64,000 nt of DNA from the NCBI RefSeq assembly GCF_003790525.1, contig NZ_CP033635.1; one strand, 5' to 3'. Position 1 is the stretch's first letter. Every line of letters begins with the position of its first letter. The notes beneath the pieces are model-generated. The model was not told where the DNA came from. It saw only the letters and a program-made list of their open reading frames with translations, and ran no database searches. Origin of the DNA: Escherichia coli (GTDB lineage: Bacteria; Pseudomonadota; Gammaproteobacteria; Enterobacterales; Enterobacteriaceae). Shown here piece by piece: positions 11,274 through 23,662 of this stretch. The position numbers and the translations under genes were made by a program.

Positions 11274-12176
11274 CTAGCCACCCGTTTTCAGGCAATATTC
11301 TGTCGTAGCGTGGCGTTCGATCCAGCGGATCATTTTACCCGCGATGTCGATACCGGTGGTTTTTTCTATTCCTTCCAGCCCTGGCGACGCATTCACTTCC
11401 ATCACCAACGGCCCGCGATTAGCACGCAGAATATCCACACCAGCAACGTCCAGCGCCATCGTTCGCGCGGCTTTTATCGCGATTTCACGCTCCTGTGGTG
11501 TGATTCTGGCGACGCTTGCCACGCCGCCACGATGCAAATTGGAACGAAAATCGCCCTCTTTCGCCCGCCGTTCAATCGCAGCGACCACTTCATCGCCAAC
11601 AACCAGACAGCGGATATCGCACCCTTGCGCCTCTTTGATATATTCCTGCACCAGAATATGCGCGTTCAGACCGCGGAAAGCGTCAATCACGCTTTCCGCC
11701 GCCTGACGCGTCTCCGCCAGCACGACGCCAATTCCCTGCGTGCCTTCAACCAACTTGACCACCAGCGGCGCACCACCGACCATGTCGATTAAATCGCTGG
11801 TATCATCCGGCGAATGCGCAATGCCCGTGACAGGCAGGTCGATGCCCTGACGCGCCAGCAGTTGCATCGAACGCAATTTGTCACGCGCCCGGGCAATGGC
11901 GACCGACTCATTGAGCGGATAGCTCCCCAGCATCTCGAACTGGCGCAGTGCCGCCGTCCCATAAAAGGTAATGGCGGTACCAATACGCGGGATCACAGCA
12001 TCAAAATGGGGTAACTTGCGGCCTTTGTAGTGAATAGAAGACGCCGCAGGATTTATGTTCATGTAGCAAGAAAGCGGATCAAGAATTTCAACCAGGTGAC
12101 CGCGCTGTATAGCGGCTTCACGCAGCCGCTTACACGAATAGAGCGTTCCATCCCGGGACAATATGGCAATTTTCAC
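11274..12176 (-). CDS. rimK: Ribosomal protein S6 glutamate ligase (ATP-grasp)
   Basis: 300 aa ATP-grasp protein; synteny. Confidence 0.9.
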
Positions 12177-12236
12177 CCTGCACCTCTCTGTCAGACCTGG
12201 TCAAAAGCCCGCGTATCATACATCGGCGTGGCGGTT

Positions 12237-12959
12237 TTAGCGCGTTGCCCAACCCTGTTTGTGCAAATAATCCAGAATAAATGGGCGGCTTTCTTTAATG
12301 ATTGTTCGGCGGATATGATCGCTCCAGGTATCCCGGCGATTATTGCTGCCACGGGTGAGGTAATATTCCGCCAGTTGTTCGTCATACTGCGCCAGTGCGT
12401 CTTTATCCAGCGGTTGATAGCTGTTTTCATGCACCAAAATGGAGGCCGGTAAACGCGGCTTAAGATCCGGATTATCCGCAGGCCAGCCAAGGCACAGCCC
12501 AAACAACGGCAGAACATGCCGCGGTAATTTCAGCAGCTCCGTCACCGCTTCAATATTATTGCGCAGGCCGCCGATATATACCCCGCCCAATCCCAGCGAT
12601 TCCGCTGCGGTTAATGCATTCTGCGCCATCATTGCCGTATCAACGACACCGAGCAACAGTTGTTCCGCCAGGCCAAGTTGTGCATCCGGACAGATCTGTA
12701 AATGGCGGTTAAAGTCGGCACAGAACACCCAGAACTCCGCCGCTTGCGCTACGTGTTTTTGCCCGCCGGTCAGTGTCACCAGTTCATCACGTAACGCTTT
12801 GTCGGTAATGCGAATAATGCTACTGCACTGCAAAAAACTGGAACTGGACGTCGCACGGGCGCTGTTAATAATCGCCTCACGCTGCGCTTCGGAAATGGGT
12901 TCATCAGTGAAATGGCGAATGGAGCGATGGCCACAAATAAGTTCAATGGTTGGCGTCAT
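12237..12959 (-). CDS. nfsA: Oxygen-insensitive NADPH nitroreductase
   Basis: 240 aa; nitroreductase family; synteny. Confidence 0.9.
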   Translation of the reverse strand: MTPTIELICGHRSIRHFTDEPISEAQREAIINSARATSSSSFLQCSSIIRITDKALRDELVTLTGGQKHVAQAAEFWVFCADFNRHLQICPDAQLGLAEQLLLGVVDTAMMAQNALTAAESLGLGGVYIGGLRNNIEAVTELLKLPRHVLPLFGLCLGWPADNPDLKPRLPASILVHENSYQPLDKDALAQYDEQLAEYYLTRGSNNRRDTWSDHIRRTIIKESRPFILDYLHKQGWATR

Positions 12960-13230
12960 TATCTTTTTCTCTTTCTGAACGTGAATATTGCGGTGGACGG
13001 TTCATCAGCTGTGGGGCAAGACGTTTTACCACCTGAAGAATAACCACCACCGCAGCGGGAAGCATGAGCAAAACACCGAGAAAAATCATCAGAATCTGCA
13101 CTTCTGGCCGAGAAAATGGCTCAGGCAGCGACAGGGGGTCGCTTACCGACAGCAGCGCCACCGCCAGCGACATCATTCCGATAAATTCCAGTATCAACAC
13201 GCTTTTAGGCAATTTACCGATCGCGCGCAT
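12943..13230 (-). CDS. ybjC: Small membrane protein YbjC
   Basis: 95 aa hydrophobic ORF overlapping the nfsA start; synteny. Confidence 0.75.
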   Translation of the reverse strand: MRAIGKLPKSVLILEFIGMMSLAVALLSVSDPLSLPEPFSRPEVQILMIFLGVLLMLPAAVVVILQVVKRLAPQLMNRPPQYSRSEREKDNDANH

Positions 13231-13389
13231 ACGCTTCCCTCTGCAAAGTGAGCCTTCAGTCTAAAACTTTTCACTGTATTGTGTTTAACAGTTATAGCTT
13301 TTAGCAATTAATGCAACAGGTTAAACCTACTTTCAGCGAATACATTTTAGCGTGATCATTACAGGCATAAATCTATGAGGAGAGAAATA

Positions 13390-13647
13390 ATGCAAACCGT
13401 TATTTTTGGTCGTCCGGGTTGCCCTTACTGTGTGCGTGCAAAAGATCTGGCTGAGAAATTGAGCAATGAACGCGATGATTTTCAGTATCAGTATGTTGAT
13501 ATTCGTGCGGAAGGGATCACTAAAGAAGATCTACAACAAAAGGCAGGTAAACCCGTAGAAACCGTGCCGCAGATTTTTGTCGATCAGCAACATATCGGCG
13601 GCTATACCGATTTTGCTGCATGGGTGAAAGAGAATCTGGACGCCTGA
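13390..13647 (+). CDS. grxA: Glutaredoxin 1
   Basis: CPYC active-site motif; 85 aa from MQTVIFGRPGCPYC. Confidence 0.92.
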   Translation: MQTVIFGRPGCPYCVRAKDLAEKLSNERDDFQYQYVDIRAEGITKEDLQQKAGKPVETVPQIFVDQQHIGGYTDFAAWVKENLDA

Positions 13648-13657
13648 TCGTCTGACA

Positions 13658-13680
13658 AGCCCTCGCGTTGAGGGCTTTAT
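13658..13680 (+). terminator. Rho-independent terminator after grxA
   Basis: aagccctcgcgttgagggcttt hairpin followed by T-rich tract. Confidence 0.7.
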
Positions 13681-14054
13681 TGATTTTTTCTGTGCTGTGG
13701 TTTAAACAAACTACTGATAAATAAGAAACACAGTGCCCCCAGCGCACACCAGAACACCGCACTTAATAACCATGCCAGCTCTTGCCAGAATGAGCGCGTC
13801 GGTGAAAAAAACAGCCGCATAATAAGCATTGAACAGGGTGCCGCCAGCATTGCGCCAAACAGAGGTTTCAGGACTTCTCTACGCTGTGAAAAGAAGCTGG
13901 CAACTGCTCCAGGAAGAATGAAAAACAGCAAGCCGATTTCAGGATGCCCGGCAGCCCGAAAAGCGCCTTTCATGTGCGTCGCCAGAAAAAGGCACACCAC
14001 AATGAAGAGGACAAAACAGCAGATTGCCCCCGCCCAACGTTGTTTATGTTTCAC
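13677..14054 (-). CDS. ybjM: Inner membrane protein YbjM
   Basis: 125 aa hydrophobic protein; synteny. Confidence 0.8.
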   Translation of the reverse strand: MKHKQRWAGAICCFVLFIVVCLFLATHMKGAFRAAGHPEIGLLFFILPGAVASFFSQRREVLKPLFGAMLAAPCSMLIMRLFFSPTRSFWQELAWLLSAVFWCALGALCFLFISSLFKPQHRKNQ

Positions 14055-14323
14055 TCGTTCCTCCTGACACTGCGTCTATCGAACACATTTTTCGCCAGTG
14101 TGGCGTTCAGTAAGATAAAGCCGCTTCGCATTCCATGCTAATATAGGCCAACGCAATTCATATAGCCGTTGATACCTAATGTGATTACACTAGTAAAATA
14201 TATTGTTACTTTACTATCGTTTAGGTGCGCTGAATGAATCTGCGCCCTGAATTCTGGTAAAAAACATTATCGTAAATTACCATTTCTTTCAACAGCTTAC
14301 TAGTAAACAAGAAGTTAGCCTCC

Positions 14324-16009
14324 GTGAATATAAACGTCGCCGAATTGTTAAATGGGAATTACATTCTGTTATTATTTGTGGTCCTCGCGCTTGGGCTATG
14401 TCTCGGGAAATTACGACTTGGTTCGATCCAACTGGGTAATTCCATTGGCGTTTTAGTCGTATCGCTGTTATTAGGCCAACAACATTTCAGCATTAACACC
14501 GACGCGCTTAATCTTGGCTTTATGCTGTTTATTTTCTGCGTCGGGGTCGAAGCCGGACCGAACTTTTTTTCCATTTTTTTTCGCGATGGGAAAAATTACC
14601 TAATGTTAGCACTGGTGATGGTTGGCAGTGCGCTGGTCATCGCCTTAGGGTTAGGTAAGCTGTTTGGCTGGGATATTGGCCTGACGGCCGGTATGTTAGC
14701 AGGCTCTATGACGTCAACACCGGTTTTGGTCGGTGCTGGCGATACACTGCGTCATTCCGGCATGGAAAGCAGGCAGCTCTCACTGGCACTGGATAATCTG
14801 AGCCTCGGGTATGCCTTAACCTATTTAATCGGTCTGGTGAGTTTGATTGTTGGTGCGCGTTACTTGCCGAAATTGCAGCATCAGGACTTACAGACCAGCG
14901 CCCAGCAAATCGCCCGCGAACGTGGCCTGGACACAGATGCCAACCGTAAGGTTTATTTGCCGGTGATCCGCGCCTACCGCGTCGGCCCGGAGCTGGTGGC
15001 CTGGACCGACGGCAAAAATCTGCGTGAACTGGGTATTTATCGACAAACCGGCTGCTACATTGAACGTATTCGACGTAACGGGATTCTGGCAAATCCAGAC
15101 GGTGATGCCGTGCTACAAATGGGCGATGAAATAGCGTTGGTAGGCTATCCCGACGCCCACGCCCGACTCGATCCCAGTTTCCGTAATGGCAAAGAAGTTT
15201 TCGATCGTGACCTTCTCGACATGCGTATCGTCACTGAAGAAGTGGTCGTTAAAAACCATAACGCTGTAGGCAAACGTCTCGCACAACTGAAGTTGACCGA
15301 TCACGGTTGCTTCCTTAACCGCGTCATTCGTAGCCAGATTGAGATGCCGATTGATGACAACGTCGTGCTTAACAAAGGTGACGTTTTACAAGTCAGCGGC
15401 GATGCCCGTCGCGTAAAAACCATCGCCGATCGCATCGGCTTTATCTCGATTCACAGCCAGGTCACTGACTTGCTGGCATTCTGCGCCTTCTTTGTGATTG
15501 GGCTGATGATCGGGATGATCACCTTCCAGTTCAGCACATTCAGTTTCGGCATGGGGAACGCTGCCGGGTTGTTATTCGCCGGAATTATGCTGGGCTTTAT
15601 GCGTGCTAACCACCCGACCTTCGGTTACATTCCGCAAGGTGCATTAAGCATGGTGAAAGAGTTCGGCTTGATGGTGTTTATGGCAGGCGTTGGTCTGAGC
15701 GCCGGTAGCGGTATTAATAACGGCCTGGGCGCGATTGGCGGTCAAATGTTGATTGCCGGATTGATTGTCAGTCTGGTGCCAGTGGTTATCTGCTTCTTGT
15801 TCGGTGCTTATGTATTGCGAATGAACCGCGCACTGTTGTTCGGCGCAATGATGGGCGCACGCACCTGCGCGCCGGCAATGGAGATCATCAGTGATACAGC
15901 TCGCAGTAACATCCCGGCGCTGGGCTATGCGGGCACCTATGCAATCGCCAACGTCCTGCTGACGCTAGCAGGGACAATCATCGTCATGGTATGGCCAGGA
16001 TTAGGATAA
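14324..16009 (+). CDS. ybjL: Putative transporter YbjL (AAE family, TrkA-C domains)
   Basis: 561 aa with N- and C-terminal membrane halves around a soluble middle. Confidence 0.88.
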
Positions 16010-16121
16010 AACTGAAGTTGCCCTGAAAATGAAATTTTTTTGCACAACCGCAGAACTTTTCCGCAGGGCATCAGTCTTAATTAGTGCCACTGCTTTTCTT
16101 TGATGTCCCCATTTTGTGGAG

Positions 16122-16164
16122 CCCATCAACCCCGCCATTTCGGTTCAAGGTTGGTGGGTTTTTT
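16122..16164 (+). terminator. Hairpin plus T-run about 110 nt downstream of ybjL
   Basis: cccatcaacc...ggttggtggg stem followed by tttttt. Confidence 0.5.
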
Positions 16165-16183
16165 GTTGCCTGAAATTTATCTA

Positions 16184-16720
16184 CTACCCTGCAACCCTCT
16201 CAACCATCCTCAAAATCTCCTCGCGCGATAGCGGCTTACGGTCGGTGACAAAATGCAGCGTCATCCCCTCAATAAACGCATCAAGCGCGCGGGCGGTTCC
16301 GGGTTCAAACCATTGTTCGAGCGTTTGCTGACTGCGCTGCATCCAGTTTTGCATTACCGTTTTTAATAGCGGTTTTCGGCTAGCCAGCGCGTAGAGCTGG
16401 TACATCAGCTCCATGTTATCCGGCGTTGCAACCTGTGAGCTGTAGATCATATCGGTGATAGCCTGGCATGCGCCCGGAGCATCACTAACATCGCTAAAAA
16501 ATGCCTGATATTGCCGGGACATGATCTCAGTAAAACGGCTGAACGCCTCCAGCAACAACTCATCAATTCCTGAAAAATAGTAAGTCATCGATCCCAACGG
16601 TACCCCGGCAAGGGTAGCAATTTTGCGGTGCGTAACAGCATGTATTCCGTAAAGTTTCACCGCCTCCAGCGTGGCCTGGATAATTTTTTCTCGCCGTTGT
16701 GGATCGTTAGCGCGACGCAT
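16184..16720 (-). CDS. rcdA: TetR-family transcriptional regulator RcdA
   Basis: Start refined to [13 protein letters not shown] (178 aa); N-terminal TetR HTH. Confidence 0.85.
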   Translation of the reverse strand: MRRANDPQRREKIIQATLEAVKLYGIHAVTHRKIATLAGVPLGSMTYYFSGIDELLLEAFSRFTEIMSRQYQAFFSDVSDAPGACQAITDMIYSSQVATPDNMELMYQLYALASRKPLLKTVMQNWMQRSQQTLEQWFEPGTARALDAFIEGMTLHFVTDRKPLSREEILRMVERVAG

Positions 16721-16803
16721 GTCATTTCCTCTGTCTGCAATTGTGTACAAATGTACACAACCTTGCTAATGTTGTCTTCCCTCTTCTTATTTTGACGTGA
16801 TCT

Positions 16804-18012
16804 ATGACCGTAAATTCTTCACGTAATGCATTGAAACGCCGAACCTGGGCGCTGTTTATGTTCTTCTTTTTGCCAGGCCTGTTAATGGCGTCCTGGGCAA
16901 CCCGTACACCTGCTATCCGCGACATTCTTTCTGTCTCGATCGCTGAAATGGGTGGAGTCCTCTTTGGTCTGTCGATCGGTTCAATGAGCGGTATTCTCTG
17001 CTCGGCGTGGTTAGTGAAACGCTTTGGAACGCGTAATGTCATCCTGGTCACGATGTCCTGCGCATTGATCGGGATGATGATACTAAGTCTGGCACTCTGG
17101 CTGACATCGCCCCTGCTCTTCGCGGTTGGTCTCGGCGTCTTTGGGGCAAGTTTTGGTTCTGCGGAAGTGGCGATAAACGTTGAAGGTGCCGCCGTTGAGC
17201 GAGAAATGAATAAAACGGTTTTGCCGATGATGCACGGTTTTTATAGCCTGGGCACGCTGGCAGGCGCTGGTGTCGGGATGGCACTGACGGCCTTTGGCGT
17301 TCCGGCAACGGTGCATATTTTATTGGCGGCGCTGGTAGGCATCGCACCTATTTATATCGCCATTCAGGCAATCCCTGACGGTACGGGCAAAAATGCTGCC
17401 GATGGCACCCAGCATGGCGAAAAAGGCGTACCTTTTTATCGCGATATCCAGTTGCTGTTGATTGGTGTTGTGGTGCTGGCGATGGCCTTTGCCGAAGGTT
17501 CTGCCAACGACTGGTTACCCTTATTAATGGTTGACGGTCACGGTTTTAGTCCTACTTCCGGCTCGCTGATTTATGCCGGTTTTACCCTGGGGATGACTGT
17601 TGGACGCTTTACCGGCGGTTGGTTCATCGACCGTTACAGTCGCGTTGCCGTGGTTCGGGCCAGTGCACTAATGGGGGCGTTGGGTATTGGGATGATTATT
17701 TTTGTCGATAGTGCCTGGGTCGCTGGGGTGTCTGTTGTACTTTGGGGACTGGGTGCCTCGTTGGGCTTCCCGCTGACCATTTCTGCCGCCAGCGATACCG
17801 GCCCCGATGCACCGACCCGCGTCAGCGTGGTAGCAACGACCGGTTATCTGGCTTTCCTCGTTGGGCCGCCGCTGCTGGGCTATCTCGGCGAACATTATGG
17901 ATTACGTAGTGCAATGCTGGTTGTACTGGCGCTGGTTATTCTCGCGGCTATTGTCGCGAAAGCCGTCGCCAAACCCGATACCAAAACGCAGACGGCGATG
18001 GAGAATAGTTGA
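16804..18012 (+). CDS. ybjJ: MFS transporter YbjJ
   Basis: 402 aa, multiple TM segments. Confidence 0.88.
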   Translation: MTVNSSRNALKRRTWALFMFFFLPGLLMASWATRTPAIRDILSVSIAEMGGVLFGLSIGSMSGILCSAWLVKRFGTRNVILVTMSCALIGMMILSLALWLTSPLLFAVGLGVFGASFGSAEVAINVEGAAVEREMNKTVLPMMHGFYSLGTLAGAGVGMALTAFGVPATVHILLAALVGIAPIYIAIQAIPDGTGKNAADGTQHGEKGVPFYRDIQLLLIGVVVLAMAFAEGSANDWLPLLMVDGHGFSPTSGSLIYAGFTLGMTVGRFTGGWFIDRYSRVAVVRASALMGALGIGMIIFVDSAWVAGVSVVLWGLGASLGFPLTISAASDTGPDAPTRVSVVATTGYLAFLVGPPLLGYLGEHYGLRSAMLVVLALVILAAIVAKAVAKPDTKTQTAMENS

Positions 18013-18827
18013 TGAGCATTAAATTAATTGCGGTAGACATGGATGGTACTTTCTTAAGCGATCAAAAAACCTATAACCGTGAGCGGTTTATGGCTCAGTA
18101 TCAGCAAATGAAAGCACAAGGCATTCGCTTTGTGGTCGCCAGCGGGAATCAATATTATCAGTTGATCTCTTTCTTTCCGGAAATTGCTAATGAAATAGCC
18201 TTTGTGGCTGAAAACGGCGGCTGGGTAGTGAGCGAAGGCAAAGATGTTTTTAATGGCGAGCTGTCGAAGGATGCGTTTGCTACTGTCGTGGAACATTTGC
18301 TGACGCGCCCGGAAGTGGAAATTATTGCCTGCGGAAAAAATAGCGCCTATACCCTCAAAAAATATGACGATGCCATGAAAACGGTGGCGGAAATGTATTA
18401 TCACCGTCTGGAATACGTCGATAACTTTGACAACTTAGAAGATATCTTCTTTAAGTTTGGTCTGAATCTTTCCGATGAACTGATTCCACAAGTACAAAAA
18501 GCATTACATGAGGCCATCGGCGATATTATGGTGCCGGTCCACACCGGCAACGGCAGCATCGATCTGATTATCCCCGGCGTACATAAAGCCAATGGCCTTC
18601 GCCAACTGCAGAAATTATGGGGAATAGACGACAGCGAAGTGGTGGTCTTTGGCGATGGCGGTAACGATATTGAGATGCTGCGTCAGGCAGGCTTTAGTTT
18701 TGCAATGGAAAATGCCGGCAGCGCGGTCGTCGCAGCAGCAAAATACCGGGCAGGCTCCAATAACCGTGAAGGCGTACTGGATGTGATCGATAAAGTTCTT
18801 AAACACGAAGCGCCATTTAACCAATAA
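18012..18827 (+). CDS. ybjI: HAD-family phosphatase (FMN / sugar phosphatase)
   Basis: DMDGTF motif of Cof-type HAD hydrolases; 271 aa; start overlaps ybjJ stop. Confidence 0.88.
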   Translation: MSIKLIAVDMDGTFLSDQKTYNRERFMAQYQQMKAQGIRFVVASGNQYYQLISFFPEIANEIAFVAENGGWVVSEGKDVFNGELSKDAFATVVEHLLTRPEVEIIACGKNSAYTLKKYDDAMKTVAEMYYHRLEYVDNFDNLEDIFFKFGLNLSDELIPQVQKALHEAIGDIMVPVHTGNGSIDLIIPGVHKANGLRQLQKLWGIDDSEVVVFGDGGNDIEMLRQAGFSFAMENAGSAVVAAAKYRAGSNNREGVLDVIDKVLKHEAPFNQ

Positions 18828-18912
18828 AAACGGCAGCACGCCCGGCAACACAATGCCTGAATGAAGGCTGCATAATTCGCGGAAATTAACCCGCTGCATT
18901 ATTTCAGGCGAA

Positions 18913-19197
18913 ATGATTATGAAAAATTGTCTACTGTTGGGCGCGCTTTTAATGGGCTTTACTGGTGTGGCGATGGCGCAAAGTGTCACCGTCGATGTGC
19001 CGAGTGGATACAAAGTGGTTGTGGTTCCTGATTCAGTCAGCGTTCCACAAGCGGTCAGCGTCGCGACTGTGCCGCAAACCGTCTATGTGGCTCCTGCGCC
19101 AGCTCCGGCTTACCGCCCGCATCCTTATGTTCGCCATCTTGCCAGCGTAGGTGAAGGGATGGTTATCGAACACCAGATTGACGACCATCACCATTAA
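18913..19197 (+). CDS. ybjH: Small secreted protein YbjH
   Basis: 94 aa with signal peptide; synteny. Confidence 0.75.
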   Translation: MIMKNCLLLGALLMGFTGVAMAQSVTVDVPSGYKVVVVPDSVSVPQAVSVATVPQTVYVAPAPAPAYRPHPYVRHLASVGEGMVIEHQIDDHHH

Positions 19198-19203
19198 TTT
19201 GAG

Positions 19204-19240
19204 AATGCCTGATCGCACAAAGCAATCAGGCATTTTTTTA
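19204..19240. terminator. Rho-independent terminator between ybjH and mdfA
   Basis: aatgcctgatcgcacaaagcaatcaggcattttttta. Confidence 0.8.
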
Positions 19241-20470
19241 CCCTTCGTGCGAATTTCCCATCTGTTTATCTTTTAAAAAGATAACCATCAGCAACAGCCA
19301 CAAAATGCCGTTGACAAGGTTGAAGAGATTAAACAGTCCGTTGCCCCCGTTCAGCCAGGCATGTTTGCTGATTTCAATACCGACGGTAAAGATCAGCATT
19401 TGCAGCATCCCCATCGCCGCAGAAACCGTACCTTTACTCATATCGCTGGCAAACAGGGTTAATCGCACCAGTCCCGCATTCGCCAGACCAATACCGAAAG
19501 CATAAAGACTTAACCCGGCGGTCATCCATAAATACGCATGCGATGAGATAACCGTTGCCGCAGCAGCGACCAACAGACCAATCATAATCGGCCAGCCGCC
19601 CATAATAATCAGCGAACGTACGGTGCGGCGCGAGGTCAGACGCGCTAACAGCAAGTTACCCGCAATTAACGCCCCGAAAATAGGCACTTGCAGCAAACCA
19701 TATTCATAGCTGCTCAACTGCTCGCCGGTAATGATGATAATCGGCGACTGGGCGATCCACGCCAGCAATGGCAGGCTAACGAATCCCAGCGCCAGCGCCC
19801 CCGCCACAAAGCGACCGTTCTTCAGCACCAGCTTATAGTCACGACCGAGTTCTTTCAGCGACAGTTTCTCGCCTATACGCGTGGCGGTTTCAGGCATGGC
19901 TCGTTGTAGACCGAAAAAGGAGATCGCTGCCAATGCGGCAAACAAGACAAACATCCCCTCCCAGGGCAGCACATGGATCCACGCCGCGCCCACCAGCGGA
20001 CCAAGTAGCGGAGCAATCAGCGCCACGTTCGCCATCAGCGCGGTGATCTTGATACAAACCGCCTCTTCGAAGGATTCCTGAATTGCGGCGTATCCCACAG
20101 CGCCAATGAAACAGAGGCTTATGCCCTGCAAGAAGCGCAACAGGGTGAATTGTTCAATGTTTTGCGCCAGTAATATTGCCAGACAGGTGACGATAAACCA
20201 CACCACTCCCGCCAGCATCACCGGACGGCGGCCAATACGATCCGACAGCGGCCCCAGGAGCCATTGTAAAAACATCCCGCCCGCCAGATACGCGGTCATC
20301 GAAGTAGGAACCCAATCAATGCCCGCCTGATATTGTTCCACCACCGCCAACATACCGGGTTGAATCATATCGTTGCCGATATAGGTTGAAAATTCGTAAA
20401 GCACCAGACAGAGAGGGAAAAGTAACGCCTGACGTCCAAGCCTGGCACCGGAAGCTAATTTATTTTGCAT
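19238..20470 (-). CDS. mdfA: Multidrug efflux MFS transporter MdfA (Cmr)
   Basis: Start refined to [12 protein letters not shown] (410 aa); 12-TM MFS. Confidence 0.9.
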   Translation of the reverse strand: MQNKLASGARLGRQALLFPLCLVLYEFSTYIGNDMIQPGMLAVVEQYQAGIDWVPTSMTAYLAGGMFLQWLLGPLSDRIGRRPVMLAGVVWFIVTCLAILLAQNIEQFTLLRFLQGISLCFIGAVGYAAIQESFEEAVCIKITALMANVALIAPLLGPLVGAAWIHVLPWEGMFVLFAALAAISFFGLQRAMPETATRIGEKLSLKELGRDYKLVLKNGRFVAGALALGFVSLPLLAWIAQSPIIIITGEQLSSYEYGLLQVPIFGALIAGNLLLARLTSRRTVRSLIIMGGWPIMIGLLVAAAATVISSHAYLWMTAGLSLYAFGIGLANAGLVRLTLFASDMSKGTVSAAMGMLQMLIFTVGIEISKHAWLNGGNGLFNLFNLVNGILWLLLMVIFLKDKQMGNSHEG

Positions 20471-20754
20471 GCAATTTCTTCGCCAATAATAATCGCGCAA
20501 AGTTTAATAAAAGCGCAGCTAACGAGAAAGCGAATTTTGTAGCTGAAACCACGGTTAAGCACATTCTTACATTATTGCGAGTATAGCTACGCTTTCTTTA
20601 AGTTTTATTTAACCTATGCCCGTTACAATCACCCACCGTAAACAGGCCGCTTGAGGGAAATAAGACGATGCCGCTTTACCCAGTTTAACCTGCACTTTAT
20701 TCTCAACGACTTGCCTGTATTGGCTCCCTTTTAATCACTTTGCGTCGGGAAGTT

Positions 20755-21351
20755 ATGCTGGAAAATTTGAATCTCTCTCTATTCTCTCTTATTAACGCGA
20801 CGCCAGACTCTGCGCCGTGGATGATCTCGTTGGCGATTTTTATTGCAAAAGATTTGATTACCGTGATGCCGCTGCTGGCCGCAGTACTTTGGTTGTGGGG
20901 GCTTACAGCACAACGGCAACTGGTGATAAAAATCGCTATCGCGCTGGCGGTCAGCCTGTTTGTGTCCTGGACGATGGGGCATCTTTTTCCGCACGACCGA
21001 CCCTTTGTCGAAAATATCGGCTATAACTTCCTGCATCATGCGGCGGATGACTCATTCCCGAGCGATCACGGTACGGTGATTTTCACCTTTGCACTGGCAT
21101 TTTTATGCTGGCATCGCCTGTGGTCCGGCTCACTTTTAATGGTGCTGGCCGTCGTCATTGCCTGGTCGCGCGTTTATCTTGGTGTCCACTGGCCGCTGGA
21201 TATGCTCGGTGGATTGCTGGCAGGTATGATTGGCTGCCTTAGCGCCCAGATTATCTGGCAAGCGATGGGGCATAAACTCTATCAACGTCTGCAATCGTGG
21301 TATCGCTTCTGTTTTGCATTACCGATCCGCAAAGGCTGGGTGCGTGACTGA
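20755..21351 (+). CDS. ybjG: Undecaprenyl-diphosphate phosphatase (PAP2 family)
   Basis: PAP2 motifs (PSDH, SR...H); 198 aa from MLENLNLSLF. Confidence 0.85.
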   Translation: MLENLNLSLFSLINATPDSAPWMISLAIFIAKDLITVMPLLAAVLWLWGLTAQRQLVIKIAIALAVSLFVSWTMGHLFPHDRPFVENIGYNFLHHAADDSFPSDHGTVIFTFALAFLCWHRLWSGSLLMVLAVVIAWSRVYLGVHWPLDMLGGLLAGMIGCLSAQIIWQAMGHKLYQRLQSWYRFCFALPIRKGWVRD

Positions 21352-21408
21352 TCTCTGCTAAAAAGTGTAGTATTGAGCGGCTCGCTTCAATAACTATTCA
21401 GAGGGATT

Positions 21409-22167
21409 ATGGAAACACGTCGCGAAGAGCGTATCGGGCAGCTGCTGCAAGAATTAAAACGCAGCGATAAGTTACATCTTAAAGACGCCGCCGCCCTGCT
21501 TGGGGTTTCGGAGATGACGATTCGTCGCGATCTGAACAACCACAGTGCGCCCGTCGTTTTGCTCGGCGGCTATATTGTTCTGGAACCGCGCAGTGCCAGC
21601 CATTACCTGTTAAGCGATCAAAAATCCCGCCTGGTGGAAGAAAAACGCCGGGCGGCAAAACTGGCTGCGACGATGGTAGAACCCGATCAGACCCTCTTTT
21701 TTGACTGTGGCACCACCACACCGTGGATTATTGAAGCGATTGATAATGAAATCCCTTTTACCGCCGTTTGTTATTCGCTAAATACCTTTCTGGCGCTGAA
21801 AGAGAAACCTCATTGCCGCGCGTTTCTGTGTGGTGGTGAATTTCACGCCAGCAACGCCATTTTCAAACCCATCGATTTTCAGCAAACGCTGAATAATTTT
21901 TGCCCGGATATCGCTTTTTATTCTGCGGCGGGCGTGCATGTCAGTAAAGGCGCTACCTGTTTTAATCTTGAAGAGTTGCCGGTAAAACACTGGGCCATGT
22001 CGATGGCGCAAAAGCATGTGCTGGTTGTCGACCACAGTAAATTTGGCAAGGTGCGTCCGGCGCGCATGGGTGACCTGAAACGCTTTGATATTGTTGTGAG
22101 CGATTGTTGCCCGGAAGATGAGTATGTGAAGTACGCGCAGACGCAGCGTATTAAGTTGATATATTAA
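21409..22167 (+). CDS. deoR: DeoR transcriptional repressor
   Basis: 252 aa; N-terminal HTH and DeoR C-terminal sugar-binding domain. Confidence 0.9.
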   Translation: METRREERIGQLLQELKRSDKLHLKDAAALLGVSEMTIRRDLNNHSAPVVLLGGYIVLEPRSASHYLLSDQKSRLVEEKRRAAKLAATMVEPDQTLFFDCGTTTPWIIEAIDNEIPFTAVCYSLNTFLALKEKPHCRAFLCGGEFHASNAIFKPIDFQQTLNNFCPDIAFYSAAGVHVSKGATCFNLEELPVKHWAMSMAQKHVLVVDHSKFGKVRPARMGDLKRFDIVVSDCCPEDEYVKYAQTQRIKLIY

Positions 22168-22213
22168 TGACGTATAACCGGATGACGTTTCGCGCCATCC
22201 GGTTATCAGAAGA

Positions 22214-23416
22214 TTAAGAGAACCAGCTGCCGAACCACTGATGGAATTTCATCATCACGAAATCCCACATCCGACCAAAGAATCCGCCCTCTTCCACATT
22301 TTCCATCACGATCAGCGGACGCTGCTCAATGGATTTACCGTTAAGCTGGAAATCAATGGTCCCGACAACCTGACCTTTTTTCAGCGGTGCGGTAAGCTGC
22401 GGTTCCGTTAACGTATAACTCGCTTTCAGGTTTTTCAGCTGCCCACGCGGTATGGTCACTGAGCCCGCTTCACCTGCCCCGAGATTCACTTCGCTCTTAT
22501 CACCAAACCAGACGCGCTGAGTCACAAAGGTGGCATCAGGTTTAATTGGCGTCACGGTTTCAAAGAAGCGGAAACCCCAGGTCAATAATTTCTCAGACTC
22601 ATTAAAACGGATACGGTCAGTTTTCGCCCCCAGCACTACGGAGATTAAACGCATATCACCCTGGGTAGCCGAAGCAACCAGATTATATCCCGCGCCTGCA
22701 GTGGTTCCTGTCTTCATGCCATCAACATTCAGATTGCTGCTCCACAGCAGACGGTTACGGTTAGGCTGACGAATTTTGTTGAAGGTGAACTCTTTCTCTT
22801 TATGAATGGCGTACTCTTCCGGCACATCGTGGATTAATGCTTTACCCAGCAATGCCATATCGCGCGCGGTACTGAACTGCCCCGGCGCATCCAGACCGTG
22901 CACCGTCTGGAAGGTAGTGTTGGTCAGACCCAGTTTTTTGGCATAACCATTCATCAAACCAATAAATGACTCCTGGCTCCCGGCAACGTAATCGGCCAGC
23001 GCAATACAGGCGTCATTACCGGACTGGATAATCACACCTTTGTTCAAGTCTGCCACCGAAACCTGATCGCCCGGTTTGAGGAACATTACCGATGAACCAC
23101 GCAGTGCCGGATTTCCCGTCGCCCAGGCATCTTTACCGACCGTCACCATATCGGTGAGTTTAATCTTATCGGCCTTAAGCGCCTGCCCAACCACATAGCT
23201 GGTCATGATTTTAGTCAGGCTCGCGGGATCCAGTTTCTCATCCGCGTTGCCTTCTGCCAGCACTTTACCGCTGGCGTAATCCATTAAAATCCATGCACGC
23301 GCATCCACGCTCGGCGCTTCAACGGTTTGTTCCGCCGCGAATGCCGTTGGGGCAAAAAGGAATAAAAATGCAGAACCCGCTGCAAGACCACGAAGGAGAG
23401 AGGAGTATTGCGTCAT
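22214..23416 (-). CDS. dacC: D-alanyl-D-alanine carboxypeptidase PBP6
   Basis: SxxK (SLTK), SGN and KTG motifs; start refined to [10 protein letters not shown] (400 aa). Confidence 0.9.
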   Translation of the reverse strand: MTQYSSLLRGLAAGSAFLFLFAPTAFAAEQTVEAPSVDARAWILMDYASGKVLAEGNADEKLDPASLTKIMTSYVVGQALKADKIKLTDMVTVGKDAWATGNPALRGSSVMFLKPGDQVSVADLNKGVIIQSGNDACIALADYVAGSQESFIGLMNGYAKKLGLTNTTFQTVHGLDAPGQFSTARDMALLGKALIHDVPEEYAIHKEKEFTFNKIRQPNRNRLLWSSNLNVDGMKTGTTAGAGYNLVASATQGDMRLISVVLGAKTDRIRFNESEKLLTWGFRFFETVTPIKPDATFVTQRVWFGDKSEVNLGAGEAGSVTIPRGQLKNLKASYTLTEPQLTAPLKKGQVVGTIDFQLNGKSIEQRPLIVMENVEEGGFFGRMWDFVMMKFHQWFGSWFS

Positions 23417-23662
23417 AAATGCCACCCGAGTATCCATTCAAAAAAAATACGTTATATCGCCGTATGATAAGTTCGGTGATTAATAACGCACACACAAACT
23501 TAAAGAAACCGTAAGTTGGTAAAGTTTTTAAAGTTTATGCAATATCCTGCCGCTTCGCTGCTTCTGGTGTCATTTTTTTGCCAGCTGTTGCTTAAAAGTT
23601 ATCTTTACTTCACCATCGGAGTCCTGTTCAGCCTGTGGCTGCCTGTCGGAAAAGGGGTGAGT

